DNA of 44,241 nucleotides from Holosporaceae bacterium (GTDB lineage Bacteria; Pseudomonadota; Alphaproteobacteria; UBA3830): NCBI GenBank assembly GCA_031262635.1, contig JAISHN010000095.1, positions 1 to 44,241 of the forward strand, read 5' to 3'. Shown piece by piece: positions 33,612 to 44,241 of this stretch (position 1 is its first letter; each line of letters starts with the position of its first letter). The notes under the pieces were generated by a model. It saw only the letters and a program-made list of their open reading frames with translations, ran no database searches and was not told where the DNA came from. The position numbers and the translations under genes were made by a program.

Positions 33612-35525
33612 TCAAACCTCTTCAGTCGCTTTAGGTTTTTTCCCAGACTTCTTCTCTACTTTATTCACGTACTCCGAAGTTGGCATTTTGGATTTTTTCG
33701 TCGTTTTTATCGCGATCCTTTGTCGTTTTTCTATCTTTTGTCCGTCGATGATTTTTTTAATGTCGTCGCCAGTTAGCGTTTCGTGTTCCAATAATCCTTG
33801 CGCTAGAAGCTCTAGAGCGTCTTTGGCGTCGTCGAGAATCTTTTTCGCTCTGTTGTAAGTTTTGTCGACTAACGCTCGGACTTCTTTGTCAATTACCTCA
33901 ACGGTGGAATTCGCGACGTCGCCGCTGACTGAAGTCGAGTGTCCGAGAAATCCCTCTCCGTCGATCGCGTAGGACAGAAAGCCGAGCTTCTCGCTCATGC
34001 CCCATTCGACGACCATACGCCGCGCCAATTTCGTCGCGTGTCTTATATCTCCCGAAGCTCCAGTCGTAACTTTATCTTCTCCAAAAATCATTTCTTCGGC
34101 AATTCTTCCGCCGGCCATAACGGAGAGACTAGCTTCAAGTTCGGCTTTAGATTGCGAAAATTTATCGTTTTCCGGCAATTGCATTGTTAAACCCAAGGCC
34201 ATACCTCGCGGGATAATGGTGACTTTATGAACCGGATCGGCCTCTGGAATATTTAGCGCGACGATAGCGTGTCCCGCTTCATGATACGCCGTGATCTTTT
34301 TCTCTTTTTCGTCCATGACCATAGATCGGCGCTCGGCTCCCATCATAACTTTATCTTTCGCGTCTTCAAATTCGTCCATACCGACTACGCGTTTACCGCG
34401 TCTAGCCGCAAGCAACGCCGCTTCGTTGACTAAATTCGCTAAATCGGCGCCGGAAAACCCGGGCGTGCCTCTCGCCAAAACCATAGCGTCCGCGTCTGAA
34501 GATAGCGGCACTTTCTTCATATAAATTTGTAAAATACGTTCTCTTCCTTTTAAGTCTGGAAGCGGAACGACGACTTGTCTGTCGAACCTCCCAGGCCTTA
34601 GCAAAGCCGGATCAAGAACGTCCGGTCTGTTAGTCGCGGAGATGATTATCACGCCGTTGTTTTCTTCGAAACCGTCCATTTCTACGAGCAATTGGTTGAG
34701 CGTCTGCTCGCGTTCTTCGTGCCCGCCGGAGTATCCGTATCCGCGATGACGGCCGACCGCGTCGATCTCGTCTATGAATATAATGCACGGCGCGTTTTTC
34801 TTTCCTTGTTCGAACATATCGCGAACTCGACTCGCTCCGACTCCGACGAACATTTCGACGAAGTCCGAACCGGAAATGCTGAAAAACGGAACGTTGGCTT
34901 CTCCGGCAATAGCGCGAGCCAGCAGAGTTTTTCCGGTGCCTGGAGGGCCTACGAGTAAGACTCCTTTAGGAATCTTCCCGCCGAGTCTTTTGAATTTTTT
35001 CGTGTCTTTTAAAAAGTCGACGATTTCTTCAAGTTCCGCTTTCGCTTCGTCTATTCCGGCTACGTCGTCAAATGTAATCTTGCCGCTTTTTTCGTTAAGC
35101 AGTTTCGCTTTGGATTTTCCAAAACCAAGCGCTCCGTTTCTTCCCGCCTGCATTTGCCGCAACGCAAAGAACCAAAGGCAGCCTAAAATTATCAGCGGAA
35201 GCCAGCTCAAAAACAAATGCAGCAGCGGCGATCCGTCTTCCGGCGGACCCGCTACGATTTTCACATTTTTCGCAGTCAGTTTTTTAACGAGATCAAGATC
35301 ATGCGGATTGTATGTTGCGAACGAACGACCGTCGAGCGTTACGCCCTCTATCGACAATCCGCGAATTGCGACCGCGGACACTTTGCCGTTGTCTACGTCG
35401 GATAAAAAGTCAGAATAGGCTATGTTCGGAACGTCGCTTTTTCCAGAATAAAAAGCTTGAAATAACAAAAAGACAAAACAACCGACGGCAATCCAAACGG
35501 ACAGATTCTTATAATTTTTATTCAT
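33612..35525 (-). CDS. ftsH: ATP-dependent zinc metalloprotease FtsH
   Basis: [11 protein letters not shown]alker A, DEIDA Walker B, SRH region, HEAGHA zinc site, 637 aa. Confidence 0.97.
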   Translation of the reverse strand: MNKNYKNLSVWIAVGCFVFLLFQAFYSGKSDVPNIAYSDFLSDVDNGKVSAVAIRGLSIEGVTLDGRSFATYNPHDLDLVKKLTAKNVKIVAGPPEDGSPLLHLFLSWLPLIILGCLWFFALRQMQAGRNGALGFGKSKAKLLNEKSGKITFDDVAGIDEAKAELEEIVDFLKDTKKFKRLGGKIPKGVLLVGPPGTGKTLLARAIAGEANVPFFSISGSDFVEMFVGVGASRVRDMFEQGKKNAPCIIFIDEIDAVGRHRGYGYSGGHEEREQTLNQLLVEMDGFEENNGVIIISATNRPDVLDPALLRPGRFDRQVVVPLPDLKGRERILQIYMKKVPLSSDADAMVLARGTPGFSGADLANLVNEAALLAARRGKRVVGMDEFEDAKDKVMMGAERRSMVMDEKEKKITAYHEAGHAIVALNIPEADPVHKVTIIPRGMALGLTMQLPENDKFSQSKAELEASLSVMAGGRIAEEMIFGEDKVTTGASGDIRHATKLARRMVVEWGMSEKLGFLSYAIDGEGFLGHSTSVSGDVANSTVEVIDKEVRALVDKTYNRAKKILDDAKDALELLAQGLLEHETLTGDDIKKIIDGQKIEKRQRIAIKTTKKSKMPTSEYVNKVEKKSGKKPKATEEV

Positions 35526-36663
35526 TGTTCGCTCCGCAAAAAAATACGTCGAATAAGCCCGCTTTGTTCTCGCTCGACGATTCGCCGCCGATTTTATGAT
35601 GTTGACGATCGCAAGGCAAGTCTGACGAAGTCGACGTTTTTGTTCTGTTTTCTCTAAATAAGAATATCTTCTCTTTCTTTATTTTTAGCAAACATCTTCC
35701 CAACGTGTTGATTTCTTTTCGCAGTATCTTATCAAGAATGTCTTCCCTCACGGACGGCGCGTATTCTTTTCCGCCGACGTTCCAGATCGCGCGTTTTAAA
35801 ATCTCCGTTTGGACGCTTTTTGCTTCCGATAAGAATTTTTCTTTATCGATAACGGCGCTTTCGCGCGAAAACTCGCAGAATTCTTTCAAAAATCGAACCG
35901 CGGCCGTTTCGATTTTGTTTCGCATTTTCCCAAAACGCATTATCTCGTTTGAAATACTTAAGATTTTATCGTCGTCATAATCTGCGATTTTTTTTCGATA
36001 GGAAACGCGCAGGAACTTTTCTTGTTCGTTCATAGGATCGTTTTTCCAAGAAACGTTTCGTTTTTTTAAAAAGCTATTTAAATAATCTTTCGTAAAATAC
36101 AGCGTCGGACGGAGTAATTTTGCTTTTTCAGTTAGAGACCGAACCTGACTCATGCCCGCTAGCCCGCTTGCGCGGCTTCCGGCGTTTTTTCGCATCTCGA
36201 AAGTCTCTATTTGATCGTTCCAATTGTGAGCGGTCAACAAAATCGGAATGCCATTATTTTCGCAAAATTCAGAAATCAGACGATAACGAGCTTCTCGCGC
36301 CAGATTTTCTAACTTTCCATGAGGAATGTCGCGTTCGTTTCTTTTCCATTCGAGAATTCTGTGAGTTACGCTAATCGATCTGCAAAAATCGCCGACAAAT
36401 TTTGCTTCTTCCGCCGATTCCTCTCGCAGTTTATGATCGACCGTCGCGCAATAAACTCGAATATCGTTTTTTTTAGCCCACTCGGCCGACATTATAAGCA
36501 GCGTCATGCTGTCCGATCCGCCCGAAACCGCGACGCAAACGGAATCAATAGAATTAAGCGAATAATGTTTTCGACAAAACTCGATTAGCCGATCCATTTC
36601 TCCGTAAAATAAATCTAAAGCGGATCGTTCGTTTTGGAATTTATTATGAAAAACGTCCGACAT
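35518..36663 (-). CDS. tilS: tRNA(Ile)-lysidine synthetase
   Basis: [15 protein letters not shown]-loop (SGGxDS), 381 aa, 8 nt overlap with ftsH. Confidence 0.88.
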   Translation of the reverse strand: MSDVFHNKFQNERSALDLFYGEMDRLIEFCRKHYSLNSIDSVCVAVSGGSDSMTLLIMSAEWAKKNDIRVYCATVDHKLREESAEEAKFVGDFCRSISVTHRILEWKRNERDIPHGKLENLAREARYRLISEFCENNGIPILLTAHNWNDQIETFEMRKNAGSRASGLAGMSQVRSLTEKAKLLRPTLYFTKDYLNSFLKKRNVSWKNDPMNEQEKFLRVSYRKKIADYDDDKILSISNEIMRFGKMRNKIETAAVRFLKEFCEFSRESAVIDKEKFLSEAKSVQTEILKRAIWNVGGKEYAPSVREDILDKILRKEINTLGRCLLKIKKEKIFLFRENRTKTSTSSDLPCDRQHHKIGGESSSENKAGLFDVFFCGANNE

Positions 36664-36678
36664 TATAAATGCGATAGC

Positions 36679-37887
36679 CTAACCCGTCGCGTAACATTTG
36701 GCGACGAAAAATCTCATATGATCTCGAACGTTATGAACGCGGATGTAGTCTATTTTTTGAGCGGCGGCGAAGTCGGAGATTGCTAGCGTTTCTATATCGC
36801 GATCCGCGGTTTGGACGTTCGAAAAGCTTGAAATAAATGATTTTCGCGAGCATCCGAACAAAACTTGATATCCTATGTCCTTAATTCGCGAGATATTTTT
36901 GATCATATTAATATTGTCTCGTTTGCTCTTCCCAAAGCCGATTCCAGGATCGAGTAAAATGTTTTCTTTTTTTATTCCTAGATTTCTCAGATAATTAGCG
37001 CGGCTTTCGAGCAAAGAAACATCCATCCCATGAAGCATGGTCGCGTACCGCGCTCCGCTGTCGGCGATTAATTTTAGCACCTTGTCGCTTAAACGCGCGC
37101 GCATAAACGTTTGATCGTTAATCCATCTTATATTGTATTTTTTTATCGCATATTCCGCTACTTCGTCAAAGTATGTATCTATTCCGATACCGTCCGTATT
37201 GTCGATTCGCTCGAGAATAGGCGCGAGACGAGCGATCTCTTCCGCCGGAGATATTTCGACGTATCCAGGACGCGTGGACTGAGCGCCAAGCTCTACGACG
37301 CAAGCTCCCTCGTTTCGCAACTTGTTTATTTGAGCGACGGCCGCTTCTGGATTAAGGTATTTTCCGCCGTCGGAGAACGAATCCGGCGTAACGTTCACGA
37401 TTCCGACTAATTTTGGATTCAATACAAAGTAGTTCAACGCCTTGTAATTATCTATATCCAATTTTATGTCTTCTGGAATTTTATAATCCAGATCGGTCAG
37501 CAGATACTGCCAAAAATCGCGATTTTTTATCTCCTTGTGCGGGATAGTCAGCCATTCCGTATTTGTAATTTCATCGCCGTGAGCGACAATATCTATATCT
37601 ATAACTCGCGGAGACCATTTAGGAGCGTTCAAATCGCGCCCCATTTCTTTTTCTACGATTTTCAGGCGATCCAATAACGCGAACGGATAAAAATCGGTAT
37701 GCCCGCAGATCGCCATATTCAAAAACGGCATATTCCAATCGCTCGGAGAATCCGGCAACAGCAACGCTTCGGTTTCCGTTACTATCGAAAGTTTTTCGCA
37801 TGTAAAAAACTCCGATAATTTTGATATCGCGGTTCTCAGGTTTTCAAACCGATTCCCAATATTGCTTCCGAGAGCTAGATAAATCAT
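36679..37887 (-). CDS. folKP: bifunctional HPPK / dihydropteroate synthase (FolK-FolP fusion)
   Basis: N-terminal half IYLALGSNIGNR...RVIDIDI (HPPK). C-terminal half GIVNVTPDSFSDGGKY...DPGIGFGK (DHPS). Confidence 0.88.
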   Translation of the reverse strand: MIYLALGSNIGNRFENLRTAISKLSEFFTCEKLSIVTETEALLLPDSPSDWNMPFLNMAICGHTDFYPFALLDRLKIVEKEMGRDLNAPKWSPRVIDIDIVAHGDEITNTEWLTIPHKEIKNRDFWQYLLTDLDYKIPEDIKLDIDNYKALNYFVLNPKLVGIVNVTPDSFSDGGKYLNPEAAVAQINKLRNEGACVVELGAQSTRPGYVEISPAEEIARLAPILERIDNTDGIGIDTYFDEVAEYAIKKYNIRWINDQTFMRARLSDKVLKLIADSGARYATMLHGMDVSLLESRANYLRNLGIKKENILLDPGIGFGKSKRDNINMIKNISRIKDIGYQVLFGCSRKSFISSFSNVQTADRDIETLAISDFAAAQKIDYIRVHNVRDHMRFFVAKCYATG

Positions 37888-37896
37888 TCTTGCGTC

Positions 37897-39330
37897 TTAC
37901 GCTTTCCAGCCGCCGCCAAGGGCTTTGCACAAGTCGACTGTCGCGTTCAGCTGGCTTTGTAACGCTTCGACAAGCTCCATTTCAGCTCCTAGAAGGTTTC
38001 TTTCAACGTCAAGCAAGTCTATCAAGCCGATCAAGCCGACTTCTTTCTGTCTTTTCGCTATAGCGTAGCTTTTTTTCAAAGCGTTGACTTGTCGCGTTCT
38101 GGAAATAACAATCTCGCGGGTTTTACGGTTGGATATCAACGCGTCGAGAGCGTCTCTGAACGCGTTTTGAATCGACTTCTCGTATTCGGCCAGCATTAGA
38201 CGGTAGTTCGCTTCAGCGGCTTTGTTTAACGATCTGATTTTCCCGCCGTTAAAGATTGGTAGATAAATTCCGGCGCCAAAATTCATCATTTCAGATCCGC
38301 CGGCAAACAATCTGCCGAGCGACATGCTTTCAAAGCCGTAGGCTCCGGTTAGCGATATGGACGGGAAGTAAGCCGCGCGAGCTTTCCCTATTTCCGCATT
38401 AGCGGCGATAAGTTGTCCTTCCACTATTAGAACGTCCGGCCGTCTAGCTAAAATATCCGACGGCAGCCCCTGCGGAACGGTCGACGGAATACGCAATCTC
38501 TCTATGGCTTGACTCTTTGCCGTTCTCCTCGCGACGATTTCGCGAGGGTTAGCTCCAATTAAGACGCTCAACGCATTTTCCGCTTTAGCCAACCCAGATT
38601 CCAGGTTTAATACCGTCGTCTTTACGGAAGCCATTTCCGCTTGGACTCTTAAATAATCGAATTCCGAGCAATATCCGTTTTGAAATCTGCTTTTATAAAC
38701 AGCGCAGGTTCCTTCGCGGATTTTTAAGGTTCTCTCGGCGATCGCAAGCTTAGCTTCTAACGATCTTAGCTGAAAATAGGCTTTGGCGACTCCAGCCGTA
38801 ACGGCGAGCAGCGCGACTTCTTTTCCAGCCTTAGCCGACAGTAGATTCGCTCTAGCGGCTTCGTTCGCTCTTCTGTATTTACCCCAAAAGTCTATTTCAT
38901 ATGAAGCGTCGAAGCCCGCCGAGTAATCGGTTGCGTTTCGTCCCTCGGTAAGCATTTTGCCCATTCGCGTGTTTTTAGAATCTAGCGATCTATTTCCTCT
39001 GCCTGAAGCTTTTATGGACGGAAACAAATCTGCGATCGCGACTCCAGCCATAGCCGCGGCCATTTCTACGTTTGCTATAGCTATTTTCATATCGGCATTG
39101 TATTTTAACGCCCGTTCTTCAAGGTTGTTCAACGTTACGTCGGAAAATACGCTCCACCATTTATTTGCGACAAATTCGGCTATTTCTTCCTTGGCGTTTA
39201 AGTCCGGCATAGCGATTTTCGGACGCTCATAGTCGGGACCGACTTCGCAGGCCGTAAGAAAAACGAGAAGCGATGTCGTCGCGAGTTTTTTATAACTCGC
39301 GTTAACGCTCTTATTCATCAATTTACGCAT
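37897..39330 (-). CDS. RND efflux outer-membrane factor lipoprotein (NodT/OprM family)
   Basis: Lipobox LVFLTAC, two OEP repeats, 477 aa, 8 nt overlap with the RND pump gene. Confidence 0.88.
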   Translation of the reverse strand: MRKLMNKSVNASYKKLATTSLLVFLTACEVGPDYERPKIAMPDLNAKEEIAEFVANKWWSVFSDVTLNNLEERALKYNADMKIAIANVEMAAAMAGVAIADLFPSIKASGRGNRSLDSKNTRMGKMLTEGRNATDYSAGFDASYEIDFWGKYRRANEAARANLLSAKAGKEVALLAVTAGVAKAYFQLRSLEAKLAIAERTLKIREGTCAVYKSRFQNGYCSEFDYLRVQAEMASVKTTVLNLESGLAKAENALSVLIGANPREIVARRTAKSQAIERLRIPSTVPQGLPSDILARRPDVLIVEGQLIAANAEIGKARAAYFPSISLTGAYGFESMSLGRLFAGGSEMMNFGAGIYLPIFNGGKIRSLNKAAEANYRLMLAEYEKSIQNAFRDALDALISNRKTREIVISRTRQVNALKKSYAIAKRQKEVGLIGLIDLLDVERNLLGAEMELVEALQSQLNATVDLCKALGGGWKA

Positions 39331-42300
39331 TTCTCCCCCTAACTTTCTCGCTCATTCCAGTGACTATCGCGTAAAACAACGGCACAAACAGCGGAGCTAA
39401 AACAGTTGCTCCGATCATTCCGCCGATAACTCCGGTTCCGAGAGAATGCCGACTCGCGCATCCCGCTCCAGAGCTAATCGCCAACGGCAAACATCCCAAG
39501 ACAAACGCAAGCGATGTCATGATAATCGGTCGGAATCTCAATTTCGCCGCTTTCAGAGCCGCGTTTATGACGGATTCGCCCTCGGCGCGAAGTTGATTAG
39601 CGAATTCCACGATTAAAATCGCATTCTTGGCGGACAATCCTATCAATGTGACGAGCGCTATCTGGAAATAGATATCGTTGCTCAATCCTCGCAAAAGAAC
39701 GGCTGAAATCGCGCCGAACAAAGCGAACGGGACGGCGAGAATAACCGCGATAGGCAGCGTCCAGCGTTCATACTGAGCGGCAAGGATTAAGAACACGACC
39801 AACAATCCCAAAAGCAGAGCGTTGGACGACGAACCGCCGGTTTCTTTTTCTTGATACGCGGATCCTGTCCAAGACAACATATAATCTTCGCCGAGAACTT
39901 GTTGAGCGACTTCTTCCATCGCTTTTATAGCTTCTCCAGACGTATAACCCGACGCCGGATTTCCTAAGACCTTTGCCGCTGGAAACACGTTGAATCTTTC
40001 GCTAATTATCGGGCCGACTATCGGAGTTAGTTTTACGAACGCGGACATAGGAACCATGGCTCCAGTTCTCGATTTAACGTAGACTTCATTTATCTGCTCT
40101 GGATGAGCTCGATAATTGTCCTTAGCCTGCATCATGACTTTGTAGCCTCTTCCGTTCTGAGAAAAATCGTTGACGTATGACGAGTTGAACGTACTTCCTA
40201 TCGCCGCGTATATTTCTTCGATTGGAACGTTTAAAGACAAAGCCTTTAGATTATCGACTTCCATCTTAAACTGCGGAGCGCTTGCGCTAGCCGGCGCGCT
40301 TACTCCCGTTAATTCAGGTCGTTGCGAAGCGGCCGCGACTAGTTCTTTGACTTTTGCCTCCAAAGCTTCAGCGTCGTTCTTTCCTATCTGCTGCACATAG
40401 CCTTCAAAACCGCCGGTCGTGCTCATTCCGACAATTGGAGGCGGACAAAACGCCAGCACTATTCCGTCTGGGATTCCAGCTCCAACTCCCATAACTTTTT
40501 TGCACAGCGTTTGCGCCGATTGCTCTGCCTTAGTCCTCTCGCTCCAATCGTTAAGCATGAAGAACATGGTAGCGGCGTTCGTAACGGAAGCGCCGCTCAA
40601 CATATTGTATCCGGCGATAAAAAGAGAAGCCTTAACGTTCGGATCTTTCGACATAATCTCCGCGACTTTAGAAGCGGCTTCTTGAGATCTGTCTAGAGAA
40701 GCGGCCGGATCCATAAGCGCGCACCCCATAAAAGCCCCCTGGTCTTCTTCCGGCAATAAGCTTTTCGGCGCCGTTCTGAATAGAAAAACCGCCGCGACGA
40801 CAATGGCGGCAATGGAAAGAAACGACGCTTTTTTATTAAGAAGGAAAAATTCAACCGATCTAGAATAAAACGACGTTAATTTCTCGAACATTTTATCGAA
40901 CCACGTAAAGAATTTTCCAGTCGCCTCCGAGCGAGAACCGCCCAAAAATACGACGCACAGAGCCGGAGTAAGCGTAAGCGCGCAGATTCCAGATATAATA
41001 ACGGAAACGGAGATTGTAATCGCGAACTGTCGATACATCGCTCCAGCTAGCCCGCCCATAAATGAAACCGGAACGAAAACCGCGCATAATACCAAAACGA
41101 TGGCGACCAAAGCGCCGCTCACCTCGCTCATCGCTTTTATTGTCGCTTCTCTAACCGCTAATCCTTCCGTTCTCATAATACGTTCTACGTTCTCGATCAC
41201 GATGATCGCGTCGTCGACAACAATGCCGATTGCGAGAACTAATCCGAAAAGCGTCAAGGTGTTTATAGTAAATCCGAACGCTATCATTCCTGCGAAAGTC
41301 CCGATGATCGACACAGGAACGGCCAAACACGGAATTAACGTCGCTTTGAATTTCTTTAAGAACAGTAGAACAACCAAGAAAACCAGCGCCATAGCTTCAA
41401 TTAAAGTTTTAGCGACTTCACGCACCGAGTGTTTTATAAAACCGCTGGTATCGAAGCTTAGCTTATGATGAATTCCCTTTGGATAACGCATAGCTAGTTC
41501 GATCATCTTTTTTTCGACTCTCTCGGCCGTCGCGAGAGCGTTTGCTCCAGGAGACAGTGAAATCATAAACGGAACCGCCGTCTTTCCTTCGCCGGTTTTA
41601 GCTAAAACGTCGTAATCTTCCGATCCAAGATTTATGTCGGCGACGTCTTTTAGCCTTAAGGTTGTTCCATCTGGATTTGCTCTTAAGATTATTTCTTCAA
41701 ATTCTTTTACGGTTGAATATCTTTCCGAAGCGACTAGAAGATAGCTCTTGTCGACTTTTATACTCATCGGTTTTTTCCCGATAGCTCCGCCCGCTTTTTG
41801 AGAATTCTGAGCTCGTATAGCCGCCGCGATCTCAGACGCGCTAAGTTCAAGCTTGGCCAATCTATCCGGTTTTAGCCAAACGCGCATTGAGTAAGGACTG
41901 CTGAAGCTTATTACGTCCCCTACCCCTTCCAGCCTTTTTAATTCATCAACGATATGAAGCGAAAGATAATTGCCTAAATAGGCCGAGTCATATTTTGCAT
42001 CATCTGAATATAGAGCGTATACCTGTAAAATAGAATTTGATCTCTTAAATACGACAACGCCATATCTCTTAACTTCTTCAGGCAAGGTCGGCAAAACCAT
42101 CTGAACGCGGTTGTTGACGTTAATCATTGCTTGGTTAGGATCGGTTCCAATTTTAAAGAATACGGTCGTCATTGACTCGCCGTTGTTGCCGGACGCGTTA
42201 GAATTTATGTAAATCATATCGTCCACGCCGTTTACTCTCTGCTCGATTGGAGACGTGACGGTTTCGGATATAGTCTTCGCGCTCGCTCCGGGATAAGACG

Positions 42301-42442
42301 ACCAAACTATAATCGTCGGAGGAGTCAGCTCTGGATACTGAGCGACAGGAAGATTCTTCATCGACACAAGACCGGCTATAATAATTATCAACGAAACGAC
42401 CGACGCAAAAATCGGTCTATCTATGAAAAAACGAGAGAACAT
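39323..42442 (-). CDS. RND multidrug efflux permease (AcrB/MexB, HAE1 family)
   Basis: 1039 aa. Begins FSRFFIDRPIFASVVSLIIIIAG. 12-TM layout with two large periplasmic loops. Confidence 0.95.
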   Translation of the reverse strand: MFSRFFIDRPIFASVVSLIIIIAGLVSMKNLPVAQYPELTPPTIIVWSSYPGASAKTISETVTSPIEQRVNGVDDMIYINSNASGNNGESMTTVFFKIGTDPNQAMINVNNRVQMVLPTLPEEVKRYGVVVFKRSNSILQVYALYSDDAKYDSAYLGNYLSLHIVDELKRLEGVGDVISFSSPYSMRVWLKPDRLAKLELSASEIAAAIRAQNSQKAGGAIGKKPMSIKVDKSYLLVASERYSTVKEFEEIILRANPDGTTLRLKDVADINLGSEDYDVLAKTGEGKTAVPFMISLSPGANALATAERVEKKMIELAMRYPKGIHHKLSFDTSGFIKHSVREVAKTLIEAMALVFLVVLLFLKKFKATLIPCLAVPVSIIGTFAGMIAFGFTINTLTLFGLVLAIGIVVDDAIIVIENVERIMRTEGLAVREATIKAMSEVSGALVAIVLVLCAVFVPVSFMGGLAGAMYRQFAITISVSVIISGICALTLTPALCVVFLGGSRSEATGKFFTWFDKMFEKLTSFYSRSVEFFLLNKKASFLSIAAIVVAAVFLFRTAPKSLLPEEDQGAFMGCALMDPAASLDRSQEAASKVAEIMSKDPNVKASLFIAGYNMLSGASVTNAATMFFMLNDWSERTKAEQSAQTLCKKVMGVGAGIPDGIVLAFCPPPIVGMSTTGGFEGYVQQIGKNDAEALEAKVKELVAAASQRPELTGVSAPASASAPQFKMEVDNLKALSLNVPIEEIYAAIGSTFNSSYVNDFSQNGRGYKVMMQAKDNYRAHPEQINEVYVKSRTGAMVPMSAFVKLTPIVGPIISERFNVFPAAKVLGNPASGYTSGEAIKAMEEVAQQVLGEDYMLSWTGSAYQEKETGGSSSNALLLGLLVVFLILAAQYERWTLPIAVILAVPFALFGAISAVLLRGLSNDIYFQIALVTLIGLSAKNAILIVEFANQLRAEGESVINAALKAAKLRFRPIIMTSLAFVLGCLPLAISSGAGCASRHSLGTGVIGGMIGATVLAPLFVPLFYAIVTGMSEKVRGRNA

Positions 42443-42453
42443 ACGCGTCTCCT

Positions 42454-43629
42454 TTATTGTTGTTTTGTAATATCCTGCATTGTGTTAGCGTTTGGCCTTT
42501 TTGCTTCGTCAGATTTCAAAACGACTTCTACCGGCTGTCCTGGACGAACCTTAATGATCCCCTCGGATACAACTGTTTCATCTTCCTTCAGCCCAGAATC
42601 GACTACGGCCTTATCGCCTATTAATTCCACGGTTACCGGACGAACTTCGACCGTTTTATCTTCTTTTACAACGTAGACAACCGATCCCGTCGGAGTGGAA
42701 ACCAAAGCGGATGAAGGAACGACGATTGCGCCTCTGTACTCGATGCCGACTAGCCTTATCCTAACGAATTGGCCGGGCATTAATACTCGGTTGTCTTTAT
42801 CGTTCGGTATTTCAGCTTTAAGCGAGATGCTGGAAGTGCGATCGTCTTCGCTGCTGTCGGCGAAAATAATTTTTCCTTTTTCCGAATAAATCGATCCGTC
42901 CGGCATGATTACTTCAACTTCGATCTCGCCGGATTGAGCTAGTTTTAGCTTTCCAGCGCGATAGTTTTTGTTAATCGCGCTCCAAACGGCTCCAGAGATG
43001 GAAAAACTCGCGTGCAACGGGCAAATTTGAACCATTGAAGTTAGTAATCCCGACTCTCCCGTCGGCGAAACTAAGTTCCCGATCGATTGAGCTTCTTTCC
43101 TTACGATTCCCGAAATAGGAGCTTTAACTTCCGTGTATCCAAGATTGATTTCTGCCTCTTTTAAAGCTCCCGCCGCGACTTTTAAGTTCGCGCTCGCCTT
43201 TTCGTAAGCCGAAAGAGAATCGTCGCGTTCCTTCTGGCTTATAGCGCCGCTTTTAATAAGCTTTTCCATGCGATTGTAGTCGCGTTCAGTCCGCTTTACC
43301 TCCGACTCGGCTTGAGCGAGCGCGCCGAACGCCTTAGATAACGCGGCTTTATACGGTTCTGGATCTATTTCAAACAGCTTTTCGCCTTCTTGAACGTATT
43401 GTCCTTCCTGGAATAGACGAGATTTGAGGATTCCTCCGACCTGAGCTCGCACTTGAATTTCCAGCGATCCGGTTATCTTCGCCGGAACTTCAACCGTAAG
43501 TGGAACATCCTGTTTTATCGCTTTCGCCGCTCCAACTAATGGTATCGGAGACTGCGCCTGCTTTTTTTCTTCGCAACCCGATATAATTAGAAACAATACA
43601 GGTAAAATTTTTATAAAATTTTTACGCAT
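42454..43629 (-). CDS. RND efflux periplasmic adaptor (membrane fusion protein, AcrA-like)
   Basis: Lipobox LIISGC, then barrel-sandwich, hairpin, lipoyl and beta-barrel regions, 391 aa. Confidence 0.9.
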   Translation of the reverse strand: MRKNFIKILPVLFLIISGCEEKKQAQSPIPLVGAAKAIKQDVPLTVEVPAKITGSLEIQVRAQVGGILKSRLFQEGQYVQEGEKLFEIDPEPYKAALSKAFGALAQAESEVKRTERDYNRMEKLIKSGAISQKERDDSLSAYEKASANLKVAAGALKEAEINLGYTEVKAPISGIVRKEAQSIGNLVSPTGESGLLTSMVQICPLHASFSISGAVWSAINKNYRAGKLKLAQSGEIEVEVIMPDGSIYSEKGKIIFADSSEDDRTSSISLKAEIPNDKDNRVLMPGQFVRIRLVGIEYRGAIVVPSSALVSTPTGSVVYVVKEDKTVEVRPVTVELIGDKAVVDSGLKEDETVVSEGIIKVRPGQPVEVVLKSDEAKRPNANTMQDITKQQ

Positions 43630-43803
43630 AAGAACTCCTAAAACAACCGCAAAAAAATAAATTGTTTGGATTATCTTACAATTGCTTTAGCGGGTCAATT
43701 AATATTTTATTAACTATTTAGAGGACTAAGAAGCCTGCTGGTTTTTTCCTAACTGCGCGAACGACGAACTGGAAAATTCCCTATTTATTGAATTTATAGG
43801 GAT

Positions 43804-44157
43804 ATGATGAGATATAAGAGCGACGTAACGGATTTGCAATGGGAAGCGCTGAAGGATTATTTTTCGCTGGGCAAGTATGGGAATCGTCGAATACATCCAG
43901 TGAGAGAAATGGTTAACGCGGTGTTTTACGTTGTCAAAAGCGGATGCCAATGGCATATGTTGCCGAAAGATTTTCCTCCATTTTCGGCGGTTTTTGCGTT
44001 TTACAACAGATGTCGAACGAAGGGAATTTGGGAAAAGATTAACGCAGATTTAGTGAAAAAAGCAGATTGCAGAGCTAACGCTTTTTTACGTCTTCGCGAG
44101 GAGGACGCAGTCCGACGCGGCAATCTAGCGATAAATGGCCGCTTTTTCCTGGATTGA
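43804..44157 (+). mobile_element. IS5-family transposase fragment (N-terminal DUF4096 part only), truncated by a REP-B element
   Basis: SDVTDLQWEALKDYF...RIHPVREMVNAVFYVVKSGCQWHMLPKDFPPFSAVFAFYNRCRTKGIWEKINADL is the typical orfA/N-terminus of IS5 (IS427/IS1031-like) transposases. The DDE domain is absent. The reading frame runs into REP-B (44092-44150), giving ...REEDAVRRGNLAINGRFFLD. Confidence 0.75.
44092..44150. repeat. REP-B palindromic element copy 3 (left half)
   Basis: ttcgcgaggaggacgcagtccgacgcggcaatctagcgataaatggccgctttttcc is almost identical to the comEC copy. Confidence 0.7.
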
Positions 44158-44241
44158 TACGGTGTCGGAGAGTTGGAGTCAAGAGCAAACATTGAGATGG
44201 TTCTCGCTGAATTTTGAGTTATATTTGAGTATAGCGAAAAT

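Noticed and set aside
43726-43956. 76 aa minus-strand ORF overlapping the IS5 transposase fragment, plus 44001..44192.
   Set aside because: They are antisense to the recognisable DUF4096 transposase frame and have no support.

Overview
This 44.2 kb window looks like chromosome from a moderate/low-GC alphaproteobacterium with a reduced, host-associated style of genome. That placement is an inference from a PopZ/DUF2497 homologue, SecB, M16 peptidase clusters, overlapping gene junctions, and palindromic repeats inserted in frame into genes. Most of the window is housekeeping: three M16 peptidase-like genes, popZ-like, tolC, gltX, comEC, mtaB, ftsY, purA, rdgB, tRNA-Gly(GCC), fmt, two def paralogues, rplKA, a stand-alone 5'-3' exonuclease, secB, rluD, ftsH, tilS, a folK-folP fusion and an MFP-RND-OMF efflux operon.

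Four things stand out.

1. A roughly 4 kb block (about 10.65-14.8 kb) differs in composition from its flanks. It carries a same-strand operon of four orphan genes. Each has a Shine-Dalgarno site and an N-terminal signal peptide. The first looks like a beta-barrel outer-membrane protein. The block is bordered by a remnant of an ArnA-like epimerase gene and a palindromic repeat on one side, and by a very AT-rich tract on the other. This is my best candidate for an undescribed system.

2. Two unlinked TadE-like pseudopilin paralogues share a near-identical 186-188 bp 5' module containing an SD, an ATG, 24 codons and a poly-G tract. The tract is G9 in one copy, which puts the leader out of frame. 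It is G13 in the other, which is in frame. This is the classic architecture of slipped-strand phase variation.

3. Two families of palindromic MITE/RPE-like repeats are scattered through the window. Copies are inserted in frame in comEC and in a TadE-like gene, and one truncates an IS5-family transposase.

4. An accessory islet carries a class II Fic protein, followed by a 248 bp element bounded by 41 bp inverted repeats.

I saw no rRNA genes and no CRISPR array.
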